Below the pieces are notes generated by a model. It saw only the letters and a list, made by a program, of their open reading frames with translations. It was not told where the DNA came from and did no database searches. The position numbers and the translations under genes were made by a program. A DNA stretch of 64,000 nt from Mytilus trossulus (taxonomy: Eukaryota): contig NC_086374.1 of assembly GCF_036588685.1 (NCBI RefSeq), positions 46,252,001 to 46,316,000 on the forward strand. The letters run 5' to 3'. Position 1 is the stretch's first letter. Every line of letters starts with the position of its first letter. This document shows, piece after piece, positions 37,149 through 48,935 of the stretch.

Positions 37149-40100
37149 CTTGAATGCTATAAATTCAAGCCAGGTTTTGTTGTCTTATCCTTTTATAACT
37201 CTTTTCAAACTTAAGTGCTCAATTATTTTTAACATTTTATAACAACGTTATTATATTATTATCATTGATATATAACACATTTATGCAATTTATTACATTA
37301 TTGCTTGGACAGATGGTCGAGCAAAGCATCGGAGATTCATCTAAATGACAACCTATTCAAATGAATTAATTGTATGCGCAACAGTGTTAGTTTCAGTGTA
37401 AATCTATGATGGGAAATTTCTTCTTCCAAATGGAGGGTGGTGCTTACTTTATAAGAATCTTGCAAAATTTTCATTTTGTGATATGTTGGTAAATGTTTAT
37501 TTCTTGCAAAACAGTAAATGATACAACATGGAGTCTTTGAAAATGCCCGTATGACCTAATAAAAAACAGAAAAAAATAGCAAACTCCGAGGAAATTCTTA
37601 ACGAAAAGTCATTAACCAAATGGCATAATCAAAAGCTCAAACACATCAAACGAATGGATAACAATTGTCACATTCCTGACTTGGTACAGACATTTTCTTA
37701 TGAAGAAAATTGTGGATTAAATCTGGTTTTTGGTTAGCTAAACATCTTGTATGAAAGTCGCATACAATTCCGTTATATTAACAATGATGTTCGAACAAAT
37801 AAAAAAAACAGAGGATCACAAGTCAATGTTTTTTTTTGAGGATTTTACCATTTTAAATCCTCGAACATTTTGTTATGAATTACTGCAAAAACATTTTAAA
37901 AAATAAGGAGAATTTAATAATAAGAAAATGTGGCATGACAGGCTAACCCAAAGGAGATATAGGGTCCTTCAAACCTCCGTATTTTTAACATGTTCAAATT
38001 TAGTGTTAAAAACCACTTTCGGAATTTTAAGTATTCAATGTTCTTCAAATTCGTACTTTATTTTTTACCTTTTATATTGTTTTCTGTTCGAGCGTCAAAG
38101 ATGAGTATAACTAGTGTGAAGATGTCACTGCTGATGGAGGTTTCCTCCCGAAAGCATCACCAGCATAGTAGTCAACGCTTTTCTGTTGACATAGATTATC
38201 ATTCAATTATAAATTATCAAAATTAAATGTTTACAAAACTTTGAATCTTTTCAAATTACCAAGGATGTTCTACCCTATAGGACAGATTACGTTAGTTGTA
38301 TTTGGCAAACTTTGTCAATTTGATTCCAGTGTAACGAGTGAATCTTCTGTAGACGAAGTGTGTGTCAGGTATTTTCCTTTTTAAATCCTGGTACTAAGAT
38401 AAAATTATTTGTTTATGTTTTTCATAAACTAATCAATTATATGTTAAATGTTGAATCATCTTCATTGCGTGTTATAGTGATTATTTTATTACTCCTTGTA
38501 CAAGTTTATGCCATTCTTAGTAACGGGACGTAAACCATCCAATCATTGTGTTATTGTGCTATTATGAATTTTGAATTATTGACTTTCATTCTTTAATTTT
38601 TTTTAGTTGAAATAGTTATGTTTTTATAGTGATTAAATAGGTTTTATTGCAATGATTGTTGTACACCAATTTTTGACTTTTTTACCAGCTATATCTGTTT
38701 TTTGGTCACACATTGTTGTTAATATAATGGAATTATATGCGACTGACATACAAGTGAAAGCCTTAGCTAGCTATAAAACCATATTTAATTCACCATTTCT
38801 CTGCATTAGTGAGGAATTTGACAGTCGTTTCCATTCGTTTGAAGTGTTTGTGTTAGAGGACTTTCTGTTTTTAATTCCCTTAGATGTTGTTTTTATTTAT
38901 TTTCGTTTTACATAGGAAGATTCCTCAGTGGTCACCCACTCGAAAATGGTGGAAACCTATACACTTTACCACACTTTTTGTCACATCAAGATGAATGAAG
39001 TTTTCAATGCGGTTAGTCCCCAAGGAGCATCACTACAACTTGCAATTTGAAACGGAAAATCGGGCTTAAGGCATGAATTTAACATTATTTTGTCATGAAC
39101 TTTGAGGTGTGGTCTTTTTTGTATGATAAAGTTAAGATGATTTATCACTCAATTCATTTATAATATTTTAGTTTAAAGCAACTGAACGTACATGATTTAT
39201 TTGTTTTACGGTTTGACTTAGAAGATATACCATTTCAAGTCTCCTTCTAATTGTAAAGCTCATAAAAAATCAAGTCTTGATTTATCTTTGGATACTAAAT
39301 TTTGGAGTTGCAGTGTTCCAGAAGAAGGTTTATCCAGAAAACCATGTAGAACGTATCAAATATATGTTATCTTCACCATCATTTAGACGACCAACGGTGT
39401 ACGCCTAGATGTTTTTGTGATAACTTTTTAAAAAATAAAATTTAAATAGACCCAAAATGATAATATATGTAAAAGGTTATATAGATCAACAGAATTGAAA
39501 AAAATACTTTGTACAAACCTAACAGAAATAAGGCATTAAACCATAAGCTTTTCCCAAGTATGCCACGACGTGACATTGAGATAAAGAACAGCAAATTTTG
39601 CAGTTGTTGTTCCTGTGATATTTTTCAAATCACCAAAAAAACTGAACTCCGTGGAAAATTATAAAAAAGATAGTCAAATGACAAAACAAAAAGCTTAAAC
39701 ATTAAAAGAATGGATAACAACTGTCATGTTCCTGGCTTGGTAAAGGCATTTTCTTTTGTAGACAATGGTGGATAAAACCTGTTTTTATAGCTAGCTTAAC
39801 TTCTCACTTGTATGACGGTCGCATGAATTTCATTTAATGGACAACGATGTATGAACAAAACAGACATAATAAATGTCAATGTGTCAATTTTCAGATGTGG
39901 GATAAAAATCTAACCTTGTTTGAACAGAAAGGCAACAGTAGTATACCGCTGTTCAAAACTCATAAATCCATAGAAAAAAATCAAAATCGGGGCAACAAAC
40001 TAAAACCGAGGGAAACGCATTAAATATAAGAAGAGAACAACGACATAACACTAAAATGTAACACACACAGAAACGGACAATCCCACGAGAATAACAAATA

Positions 40101-43073
40101 TAACATCAAAACCAAATACATGAATCTGGGATAGACAAGTACCGTGACACGTCTTATCGCATTGTGAATTTACACTTACAAATAAGAGAAAACAAACGAC
40201 ACAACGTTAAAATGTAATACACACAGAAACGAACTATAATACAACAATTGCCATATTCCTAACTTGGTACAGGACATTTTTAAAGGAAAAAATGGTGGGT
40301 TGAACCTGGTTTGGTGGCATGCCAAACCTCGCACTTTTATGGCCATGTGAAATATAAAATCAAAATGACAACACAACACCACAGGACTACAATATGAATA
40401 AATTGGAGAACACAATTGACGAAGAATCACACGAACAACAGCCAACAAAAGGCAACAAGTTCAAAATTTTAATACGCCAGAAGTGCATTTTTCCACACAA
40501 GACCTACTAGTGACGCCAGATACAAAAGTTTGATATGCTTTACAAAAGGTATAAGATGCAGACAAAAGTAAAGAAAAACTTAACTGTTTTAAACCTCTGA
40601 AAAAAAAGTTATGCAAGTTATTTTGAATTACTCATAGAGAAAGATAGTAAATTTTGAAGTTCATAACAACATCTAAAATTATCATGATCAATGTATTCAC
40701 TGGGGTTCTTAACATTTGCGCATTAAACAAGATAACAACTTTCTTATATTTTCGTAAACCAAGACTCAGCTTAATTACTTTAAAAGTTTACATGTTGAAG
40801 CGATACTGATTTGTTCAAATAGACAAAGTGGGAACATATGTAATTTGATATAAAAAAAAAATGAAATCAAAGGTGAAATGTCACTTTACAGTAAAAATTA
40901 AATAATTTAAAATGATCTGAATGTCAACGTACGTTTAAATCAATTTCCATTTGAACATAACAGGATGGGATATGTTTTTAACTATTATATGATATTAATT
41001 CCGACCTTTTGAATCCAAGCGGGAAAATATATTATGTTTTGCACTGTATTAATTGATACCTGGTACATATCCCCAGTCAAGTTGTCAGTACTTAGGTACT
41101 GGTATAACAATACTGATATTGTTTTAATGAAATTTCCTCCAATGCAATTTTGCAAAAAGCACAGGTATTAAAATCAAAGAATATATCTTCTTTGTGCATA
41201 GCTCTGATTCCTTGTACGCCTATATTTTAATGTGTGGTCTTTTTTTGTTTTATCAACTCCTGGACATTTGAAAAAAAATATTTTGATTGTAAATTTTTGG
41301 GACTCTAACATCACTCGATTTATATTATGATTGGAAATGAGTATACTGCATTGTTACCAGTTGGTGTTATTTTACCTGAACTAGAAGAATGCATGGCTAT
41401 TTAAGTCTTCAAAAACTATAGAGCAGATTGCAAAGACAAAATATTGTATATTCGCTAATCGGTATTATTTCTGTTTACAGTGAACTGTTTCAATTGCGTT
41501 TGGAATACATGTATTATATCCGAATACTGGACTTCTGGTCTTTTCAAAGCAGTTTGCAAAATCAAGGGTCTCCCATTAATTCCTATAATTTAAAAGCTGT
41601 TATGCAGATATATTGTCTTAGAAAATTTCTTACAACTATAATTGATACTAGACTGATTTTTGTCAATTGGACTATAATCGTTACTTTTGCAAGAAGTATA
41701 GCTAGAAACCAGCTATTACTACTCAAAGTATTTTCAACACACAATAACATGTTTGCACTCTTGTTTATATGATGCTTTTCGGAATTGTTAGAAGTTTGCA
41801 GTTATGTGGCAAATGTGAATTTATGGGCAAATATGTTACAAATGTATACAATATATACAATTGAACGCAATATTTTCCTCTGTATACTGATTTGACTAAG
41901 AAGTTTTCCCCTGTTTTTATATGTTAGGCAGTGAGAGACTTTTCTTTTTTGCATGATCTTGAAGATTGTTTTTGAGATGAAGACGGAGTAAATTTAGAAA
42001 GGATTAAAGGGACGCGTAAGAGTGAATAACATATGATAGATCATAGATAAATATCAAGTCACTCAAGCAGAGTGTAAGATGGTTTATAAAAAGGTCCTAT
42101 ATACATTTGAGCCATATTGCAAATTTAAATGAAACCAAACCAAAGTTAAGATTTTCAAAAAGGATAATAAGACAAAATTTCAATTTTGAATTTAATTTAA
42201 TTTTTACACTACGGACTAGGGAGTGTATAGACCAAGCAGTAAATATTTTGTAACTTTAAAAAAGAAGATTTGGTATGATTGCTAATGAGAAAACTGTCCA
42301 TAAGAGACCAAAATGACGCAGACATTAACAACTAAAGTTCACCGTACGGCCTTCAACAATGAACAAAGCCCATACCGCATAGTCGATATGACAATGTCAA
42401 ACAATTCAAACGAGAAAACTAAAGGCCTTATTTATTTATTTCACCGAAGTGTTGACAACTGGTCTGGTGATACCCTCGGGGACGAAACGTCCAACAGCAG
42501 TTGCATCATAAGACATAAGAACGAATTATAAAAAGCAATTGAATCAGATGGACAAAACTACAAGTGGACGTGGACAATTTGCATATATAACCTTATTAGT
42601 AATAGGTATTTACCTTTTGATATATAACCAGGTAATATTTAACTACGCGATAACAATTTTTTTTTATTGTTTATGAAGTTTTTGAAAATGAAAAACCAAA
42701 ACATTTTGAACAAATCAATTTTAATTTCTGTGAAGGAGCACTTTAATTAAAGTACACTATGCTTAAACTCGTAAAAGAGAGGCGAAAGATACCAAAAGGC
42801 ATTCAAACTCATAAGTCGAAAATTAACTGACAACGACATGGCTATAAAACAGGACAAATAGACAAAACAATAGAACACAAAACACATGTACAACATAAAT
42901 GAGTATTATCATTGAGGAAATATTAAACCTGAAATCTATATCCACTTTGCCTTAACTTACCCGGTCTCCTTTTACATGTACAATCAACAATTTCAACGTT
43001 AAAACGTATAGGCTTGTTTTACTGGAAACAAAACAAAACTTGAGCATTCTCATTTCATATCAATTTTATTTTT

Positions 43074-45537
43074 TTAACGACCCTTTCCTCCATGAGGATA
43101 TGGACATGGCTCGTTTTCATTGATTTTCATTACAGCCTTTTCCCAGCATGGTCCATCTAATACAACCTTGCATTCTGGATGTAGGTCTCCCAAAGTTATT
43201 CCCATTCTGAAAAGAATAAAAACCAGAGACAATGCATTATTCTTAATTGTTATGTTCTTAAAGCTACCACCACCACGTTTCTATCCTGTTTCCCAACATA
43301 TTCATTTGTTTATTGCCTTAATAAATACCACTAAGGAAGCTCCGATTACAAAGATGTACAAATAAATATATTTCCTGTGTAAAAAAAAAATAACAAACAA
43401 AATCGTTTAGGTTAACTTTGCCTAAGGAATTGGGAACTACTTTTTGCTCAATATTCAATTGAATGTTCATAAAACATCAAATGATATACCGTAACATTGA
43501 CTTTTAAGCATATGCATTAAAGATTAACTGTTTGAGGTTATAAAATTTTGTGTTTAGAAAATAAAAAATGTTTTTAACAAATTTATCTAAAGAGTAAGAA
43601 TATTTCCGGAAATTGAACTATAACATATACGTACTGACAACAATTCAGGAAGCCGCTGTTACAATCACAACTGATACAATCCTCATATGATGTATAACGT
43701 GTACCATTTTCTACATGGACTTCATTTGGTGCAACACAGTCTGTTTATGTATGAAATAGAAAATTATTTGCAGATGAAGCTTATATTATCACTGCTTACA
43801 TTTAATTATTTTTATGAAATAAAATCTTAAAGATATAACCAAAATGTTCAACTTGTAGATTTTCAGCATAAGTTTTATTAAGTTTACCTAACACATAATA
43901 CTATTTGTAGTTAATTTCTTTATTTATGGGAGTATTCGGTATATAGCTGAAACAAATCTTGAGGTTATTTTGTTATATCGTTGAAAATATGAATTATAAT
44001 TGTCTCATCGGTAACCCTTTTTCCTCCAACCATGTTTTCCTTTGTTGTACTGTACACAAGTATGACATTAATTCTGTATATTGCAAATGTGTACTACCCA
44101 GCAACTAATTTATTGATTGGAAAGTTAAACAAATTTTTGAATTTCATATTTCAATATACATATGTAAAATTATCAAAGGTTTTTTATGGATCGCTAATAT
44201 CAAATAGTTCGTTTTCCTGTGGATTTAACATTTGGACTAGTTTAAATGACTAATAAATTGATGGAAACAACACGTTTCCGATTTCTGTTAGCGTAAGAGA
44301 CGACATATAAAAATCAATGAAGAATAAAAAACCGAATTCAAATAGTTTGGCTAGGGGGTCAAAAAAGCTGCAAGCTCGTTTTGATTTACATCGATTTTAT
44401 GTATATCCTTAATTGTCAATCAATTTTCCCCAAATTAAGTTAAGAAGGGGGTAGGGGGTCAGTGAAACAACTATATGAATTAATTTTTTTTTATCCTACA
44501 TTGAACTTTTGATGTCGTCCCTAACGAATAGGATTTAATTCGTAGTTGAATGTTTATTTTCAATACAAGATTAAACTGTTCATTTAAAGATAAAAGGTTG
44601 TGATGTAAGACAATGAAAGCAAGCCATGTTCGTATCCTAATGGAGGTCTAATGATTGGTGTAAGTAGTTACTACTGTAATGACAGTCAGCAGTGATGTTG
44701 TGAGTTAGAACCACGCTCGTGCGGGTTCACTCGACTCCAATCTAAATTGACTATAGGATTGTCAGTTTTCCTATCGAAGGTCGGTGGTCTTGTCCGAGCA
44801 CAACGGCTTCCACCACCACTAAAAACTGACCGCCACGAGATGCGGTGCTTAAAAATGTCATTAAAACACCAAAAATCAAATTTATAAAAGTAAGGTTTGT
44901 TAGAGTATAAATAAAATTGATATTAAATGAGAATGCTCACGGTTTCTTTTATTATAATTTTAATGTTCGTTACGATTGTTTTTTCTGCTGATGATTTGAA
45001 GAGTGGTTAATGATGATTTTGTTTAAATGTGCTTCAATATCCTAGAACTACACATTTAAAACAGCATGAAGTGAGTAACTAACATACTTCATAGAGCTGG
45101 TATGGTTATTTTATAAAAGCGGCATTGCTAGATATTTTTCTGCACCAGACAACAAATACCTCTTCTGTGATGCTCGAGGCCAAATTATTTGAAAATCAAT
45201 CTCAACACAGAGTTTCAGCTTAAAGATGATTCAATAAGTCCTACTGGCATCTAACATTACCAAAATGAACCGAAACGTATAGCCGAACCCGGTAAAGTAC
45301 CAGGTATATATTTTGCTATGAAGTTGTCACATACATAATACAACGATGTAATTAAAAAAAAAACGTTAAAAAGATCACACAATATAGATATATACAAGTT
45401 GTCAAATAGAAATGGATACTTAAAAGTAGCTTACCTTTTAAACCTGGACCGGCATATGACATAAAACAATAACCGTCTGCTATGGTAACAAGACTCAGCA
45501 TTAAAAATACTACGTTCAAAATAACGTTGGAAAACAT
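43074..45537 (-). CDS. Beta-microseminoprotein (PSP94)-like secreted Cys-rich protein, copy B; exons 45537-45435, 43740-43635, 43206-43074 (113 aa)
   Basis: MFSNVILNVVFLMLSLVTIADG-YCFMSYAGPGLK-DCVAPNEVHVENGTRYTSYEDCISCDCNSGFLNCC-QMGITLGDLHPECKVVLDGPCWEKAVMKINENEPCPYPHGGKGR*. Same exon phases and all 10 Cys as copy A. Confidence 0.85.
44297..44521. mobile_element. PIF/Harbinger-type MITE with TAA TSD in intron 1 of microseminoprotein-like copy B
   Basis: TIR GAGACGACAT / ATGTCGTCCC. TAA at 44294-44296 and 44522-44524. The empty site is visible in copy A (~36386-36405). Confidence 0.8.
44645..44882 (+). mobile_element. tRNA-derived SINE (V-domain-like core); second copy at ~16865-17055
   Basis: B-box-like GAGTT(A/C)GAACC and shared core GAAGGTC(G/A)GTGGT..TCTCCGGGC. 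Absent from paralogous copy A. Confidence 0.6.
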
Positions 45538-45581
45538 CTTGAATCCTATCAATTTATATAGTCACATTTTGTTGTCTTATC

Positions 45582-45589
45582 CTTTTATA
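45582..45589 (-). promoter_or_regulatory. TATA box (TATAAAAG) of microseminoprotein-like copy B; equivalent TATAAAAG near 37190-37197 for copy A
   Basis: Canonical TATAAAAG about 45-50 bp upstream of the ATG, conserved in both duplicates. Confidence 0.6.
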
Positions 45590-45771
45590 ACTCTTTTCAA
45601 ACTTAAGTGCTCAATTATTTTTAACATTTTCAATGTTATTATGTTATTATCATTAAATGTCAAACACCTTTCTGCAATTTATTACAGTATTGTCTGGACT
45701 GAAGGTCGAAAGAAACGGTTGATATTCATCTAAATGACGACCTGTTGAAATGAAGATATGTTATTCATATG

Positions 45772-46864
45772 TTTTTTGTCGAGCCTCCAACTTTTGTTGC
45801 AGAAAGCTCGACATAGTGATAGCGGCGGCGGCTACGGCGGCGACGGCGTTAGCTAACTTCTTAAAAGCTTTATATTTTAGAAGGGGGAAGACCTGGATGG
45901 TTCATACCTTGTATATAGATGCACCATGTTACGAAGTTTCTGTCAGTCACATGTCAAATGTCCTTGACCTCATTTTCATGGTTCAGTGGCAACTTGAAAA
46001 AAAAGTTCAGATTTTTTGTAATGTTGAATTCTCTCTTATTATAAGTAATAGGATAATTATATTTGGTATGTGCGTACCTTGCAATGTCCTCATGCCCGTC
46101 AGACAGTTTTCACTTGACCTCGAAACCATTTCATGGATCAGTGAACAAGGTTAAGTTTTGGTGGTCAAGTCCATATCTCAGATACTATAAGCAATAGGGC
46201 TAGTATATTCGGTGTATGGAAGGACTATAAGGTGTACATGTTCAACTGGCAGGTGTCATCTGATCTTGTCCTCATTTTCATGGTTCAGTGGTTATAGTTA
46301 AGTTTTTGTGTTTTGGTCTGTTTTTCTCATACTTTATGCAATAGGACTACTATATTTGTTGTATGGAATGATTGTAAGGTGTACATGTCTAGCGGGCAGA
46401 TGTCATCTGACCTTGACCTCATTTTTATGGTTCACTGGTCAAAGTTAAGTTTTTGAGTTTTGTTCTCTTTATCTACTCCTATAAGCCATAGGTCAACTAT
46501 ATTTTGGTGCATAGAAATATTATATGATCTATATGTCAGTGGGGCAGGTTTTATTTGACCTTGAACTCATTTTCACAGTTCATTGATCAGTGTTAGATTT
46601 TTGTGTTTTGGTCTATTTTTCTTAAACTATAAGTAATAGATAAACTATAATTGTTGTATGGAAGCATTGTTAGCTGTATATGTCTGACTGGCATGGTTCA
46701 TCTGACCTTGACCTCATTATCATGGTTCATTGGTCTTTATTTAGTTATCTTGGTTAATGTTAAGTTTATGTAACAGTTGTGATAAAGCTTTATACTTAGG
46801 ACTATCAACATAATATCAATGATTAGTAAAGAAGGCGAGACATTTCAGCGTGTGCACTCTTGTT
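45772..46864 (+). mobile_element. HINE/DINE-like element with ~147-bp tandem repeats
   Basis: 5' hairpin TGTCGAGC...GCTCGACA, (GGC)n microsatellite, TGACCTTGACCTCATTTTCATGGTTCA repeats at ~46261, 46408, 46556 and 46702. Inserted in a T-run and absent from the paralogous segment. Confidence 0.8.
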
Positions 46865-47208
46865 TTAATATTATATGATTTAAATTCCGACCTTTTGAAT
46901 CCAAAAAGAAAAATATATTATGTTTTGCACTGTATTCATATCCCCAGTCAAGTCGTCAGTAATTTGGTACTGGTATAACAATACGGATATTGTTTTTTTG
47001 AGATGTGCTCTTATATGCAATTTTGGAAAAGAACATGTAATAAAAACCTCCTTCGTGTATAGCTCTGATCCCTTGTTCAACTTTGGCTTAACTTTTGATT
47101 TTTTTGGGGTATATTTATCAACTCTTCAACATTTGAAAAAAGTTTTTGATTTTCAAATTTTTAGCATGACTGGAGATATATCATGTGATCATATGATGCA
47201 GTGGCATT

Positions 47209-47618
47209 ATAGGTTACAATACACCATTAGATTTTATGGGCGCAGCCATTTTATAACATGGGATTCAGAATTAAGAGTATGGCTAATCCTGATTGGTCGA
47301 CATGTGCGCCCGTTCTTTTTTTATTTTTAGAGACTTCGTACACTCTGCTTTATACAAAAGGCAAAATAAAAATTATTCCGTAGACCTGAAGGCACTGAGA
47401 TGACTTTTCAACGCTAGGACAAGACACGTATTTTTAAGGGCAAAATTGATAGGCATGGGAGATAAGTACAAAATACGCTAAGAAAAGCAACGCGAACCTA
47501 TATGTTTGGGACCAAAAAATACTGTCCTAATAACTTTTCTTTGATTGTAGCAAGGTTTCGTTAAAAAAATCAACTTTCTAAAGTCTGTATCTCGAAAAAG
47601 GCTACCATTGTAGCCTAT
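47209..47618. mobile_element. MITE specific to duplicate B
   Basis: TIR ATAGGTTACAAT / ATTGTAGCCTAT. No counterpart seen in duplicate A. Confidence 0.55.
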
Positions 47619-48254
47619 GGGGAAATTAATTGTTTATTTCAATCTATAACCTGATGATCTTATGTTACCGGATGTAGAAGCTAAGTGCGCAAGGCTATTT
47701 CAAATGTCTTCAAACATTATAGATCATATCGCACGAACAAAGTATTGCATATTTTCTAACCAGTAAAATTTCTATTTGCAGGGAACATTAAAATTGCGTT
47801 TTGAATACATGTATTATATCCGAATACTACTTCTGGTCTTATTAAAGCAGTTTTCAAAATCAAGGGTGTACCAGCAGAAAAGTTGTCTTAGAAAGCTTAA
47901 ACCTATTAATGACACAAGACTCATTTGTGTTGATAGAACTCTTATCCAAATCGTTTCTTTTGCTATTAAATGAACTTATTTTCACATATTAGAAACCAGA
48001 CAGTCTTGATTTCTTAAAGTATGTACAACACACGAAAATATGTTTGCATCAAATGCACTTGTTAAAAAAATTCTCTAGTTTCTTTGTCGATTTTCAGAAT
48101 GAGTTGAATGCAGCTTGCAATTGTGTGGTAAATGTGAATTTAAGGGGAAATGTGGTAAAACCGTTTTGAATATTTGAAATCGAATAATGTCTAGTTTTCA
48201 GTATAATGATTTGACTCAGAAGTTTTCCCTGTATACATATATATTAGGTAGAAT

Positions 48255-48935
48255 TTAAAAAGTCCCTTAGGCCAAGTTGGCTTTAGGTGAATTTGGCTAT
48301 TTATTTTCGGTATTTTTGACGATTTTCTTTACTTATTCATCTTCGGATTTCAATGTTTGGCTTTGAGCGTTCCTGATGAAGGTAAATTCAGAAAAGCGCT
48401 TCTAATCAGCAATAAATTATTAAACTTGTTGTTTTCCATTTTTTACATCACTGAGTCGATACCTCTGCTCGTGGACTATCAGTTCCCGAGTGTATCATCA
48501 GCTCAGTAGTCAGTGTTTCGGTACTGACATGATTTAACAAACTTATCTAAAATTGTCCGTTTATAAATTTTGAAATTATTATAAAACTAAGGTTTCAACT
48601 CCATCAGGCAAAGTTGGCTTTAGATGAGTTTGGTTATTTAAGTTCGGTATTTTTGACATAAAGCTCTTCAACGATTTTCGAGTTGGCTTTAGATGAGTTT
48701 GGTTATTTATGTTCGGTATTTTTGACATAAAGCTCTTCAACGATTTTCGAGTTGGCTTTAGATGAGTTTGGTTATTTATGTTCGGTATTTTTGACATAAA
48801 GCTCTTCAACGATTTTCGATACTTATCCATCTTCGGATTTCAAATGTTTGACTTTGAGCGTTCCCGATTAAGGTAAATCCAGAAAAGCGCTTCTAATAAG
48901 CAATAAGTTATTAAACGTGTTGTTTTCCATTTATT
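48255..48935 (+). mobile_element. Tandem retrozyme (subfamily 3) with hammerhead motifs at ~48365-48405 and ~48856-48896 and an internal 3 x 69-bp duplication
   Basis: GAGCGTTC-CTGATGA-AGGTAAATTCA-GAAA-AGCGCT-TC recurs 491 bp later. 69-bp repeats start at 48612, 48681 and 48750. A related single copy is at 55690-55845. Confidence 0.75.

Noticed and set aside
41428-41772. 114-aa ORF with a related ORF at 47776-47973 (LEYMYYIRIL)
   Set aside because: The similarity reflects the segmental duplication. Frames are not preserved between the copies, so coding is unsupported, although acceptor-like sites could mark a non-coding exon.
45750-46154. 134-aa ORF and its 130-aa homologue at 51842-52234
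   Set aside because: Both fall within copies of a non-autonomous HINE-like repeat. The poly-Ala comes from the (GGC)n microsatellite.
48579-48830. 83-aa ORF with three 23-aa repeats; superficially CRISPR-like or repeat-protein-like
   Set aside because: It is a contiguous 69-bp tandem triplication with no spacers, lying inside a retrozyme repeat. The ORF is antisense and incidental.
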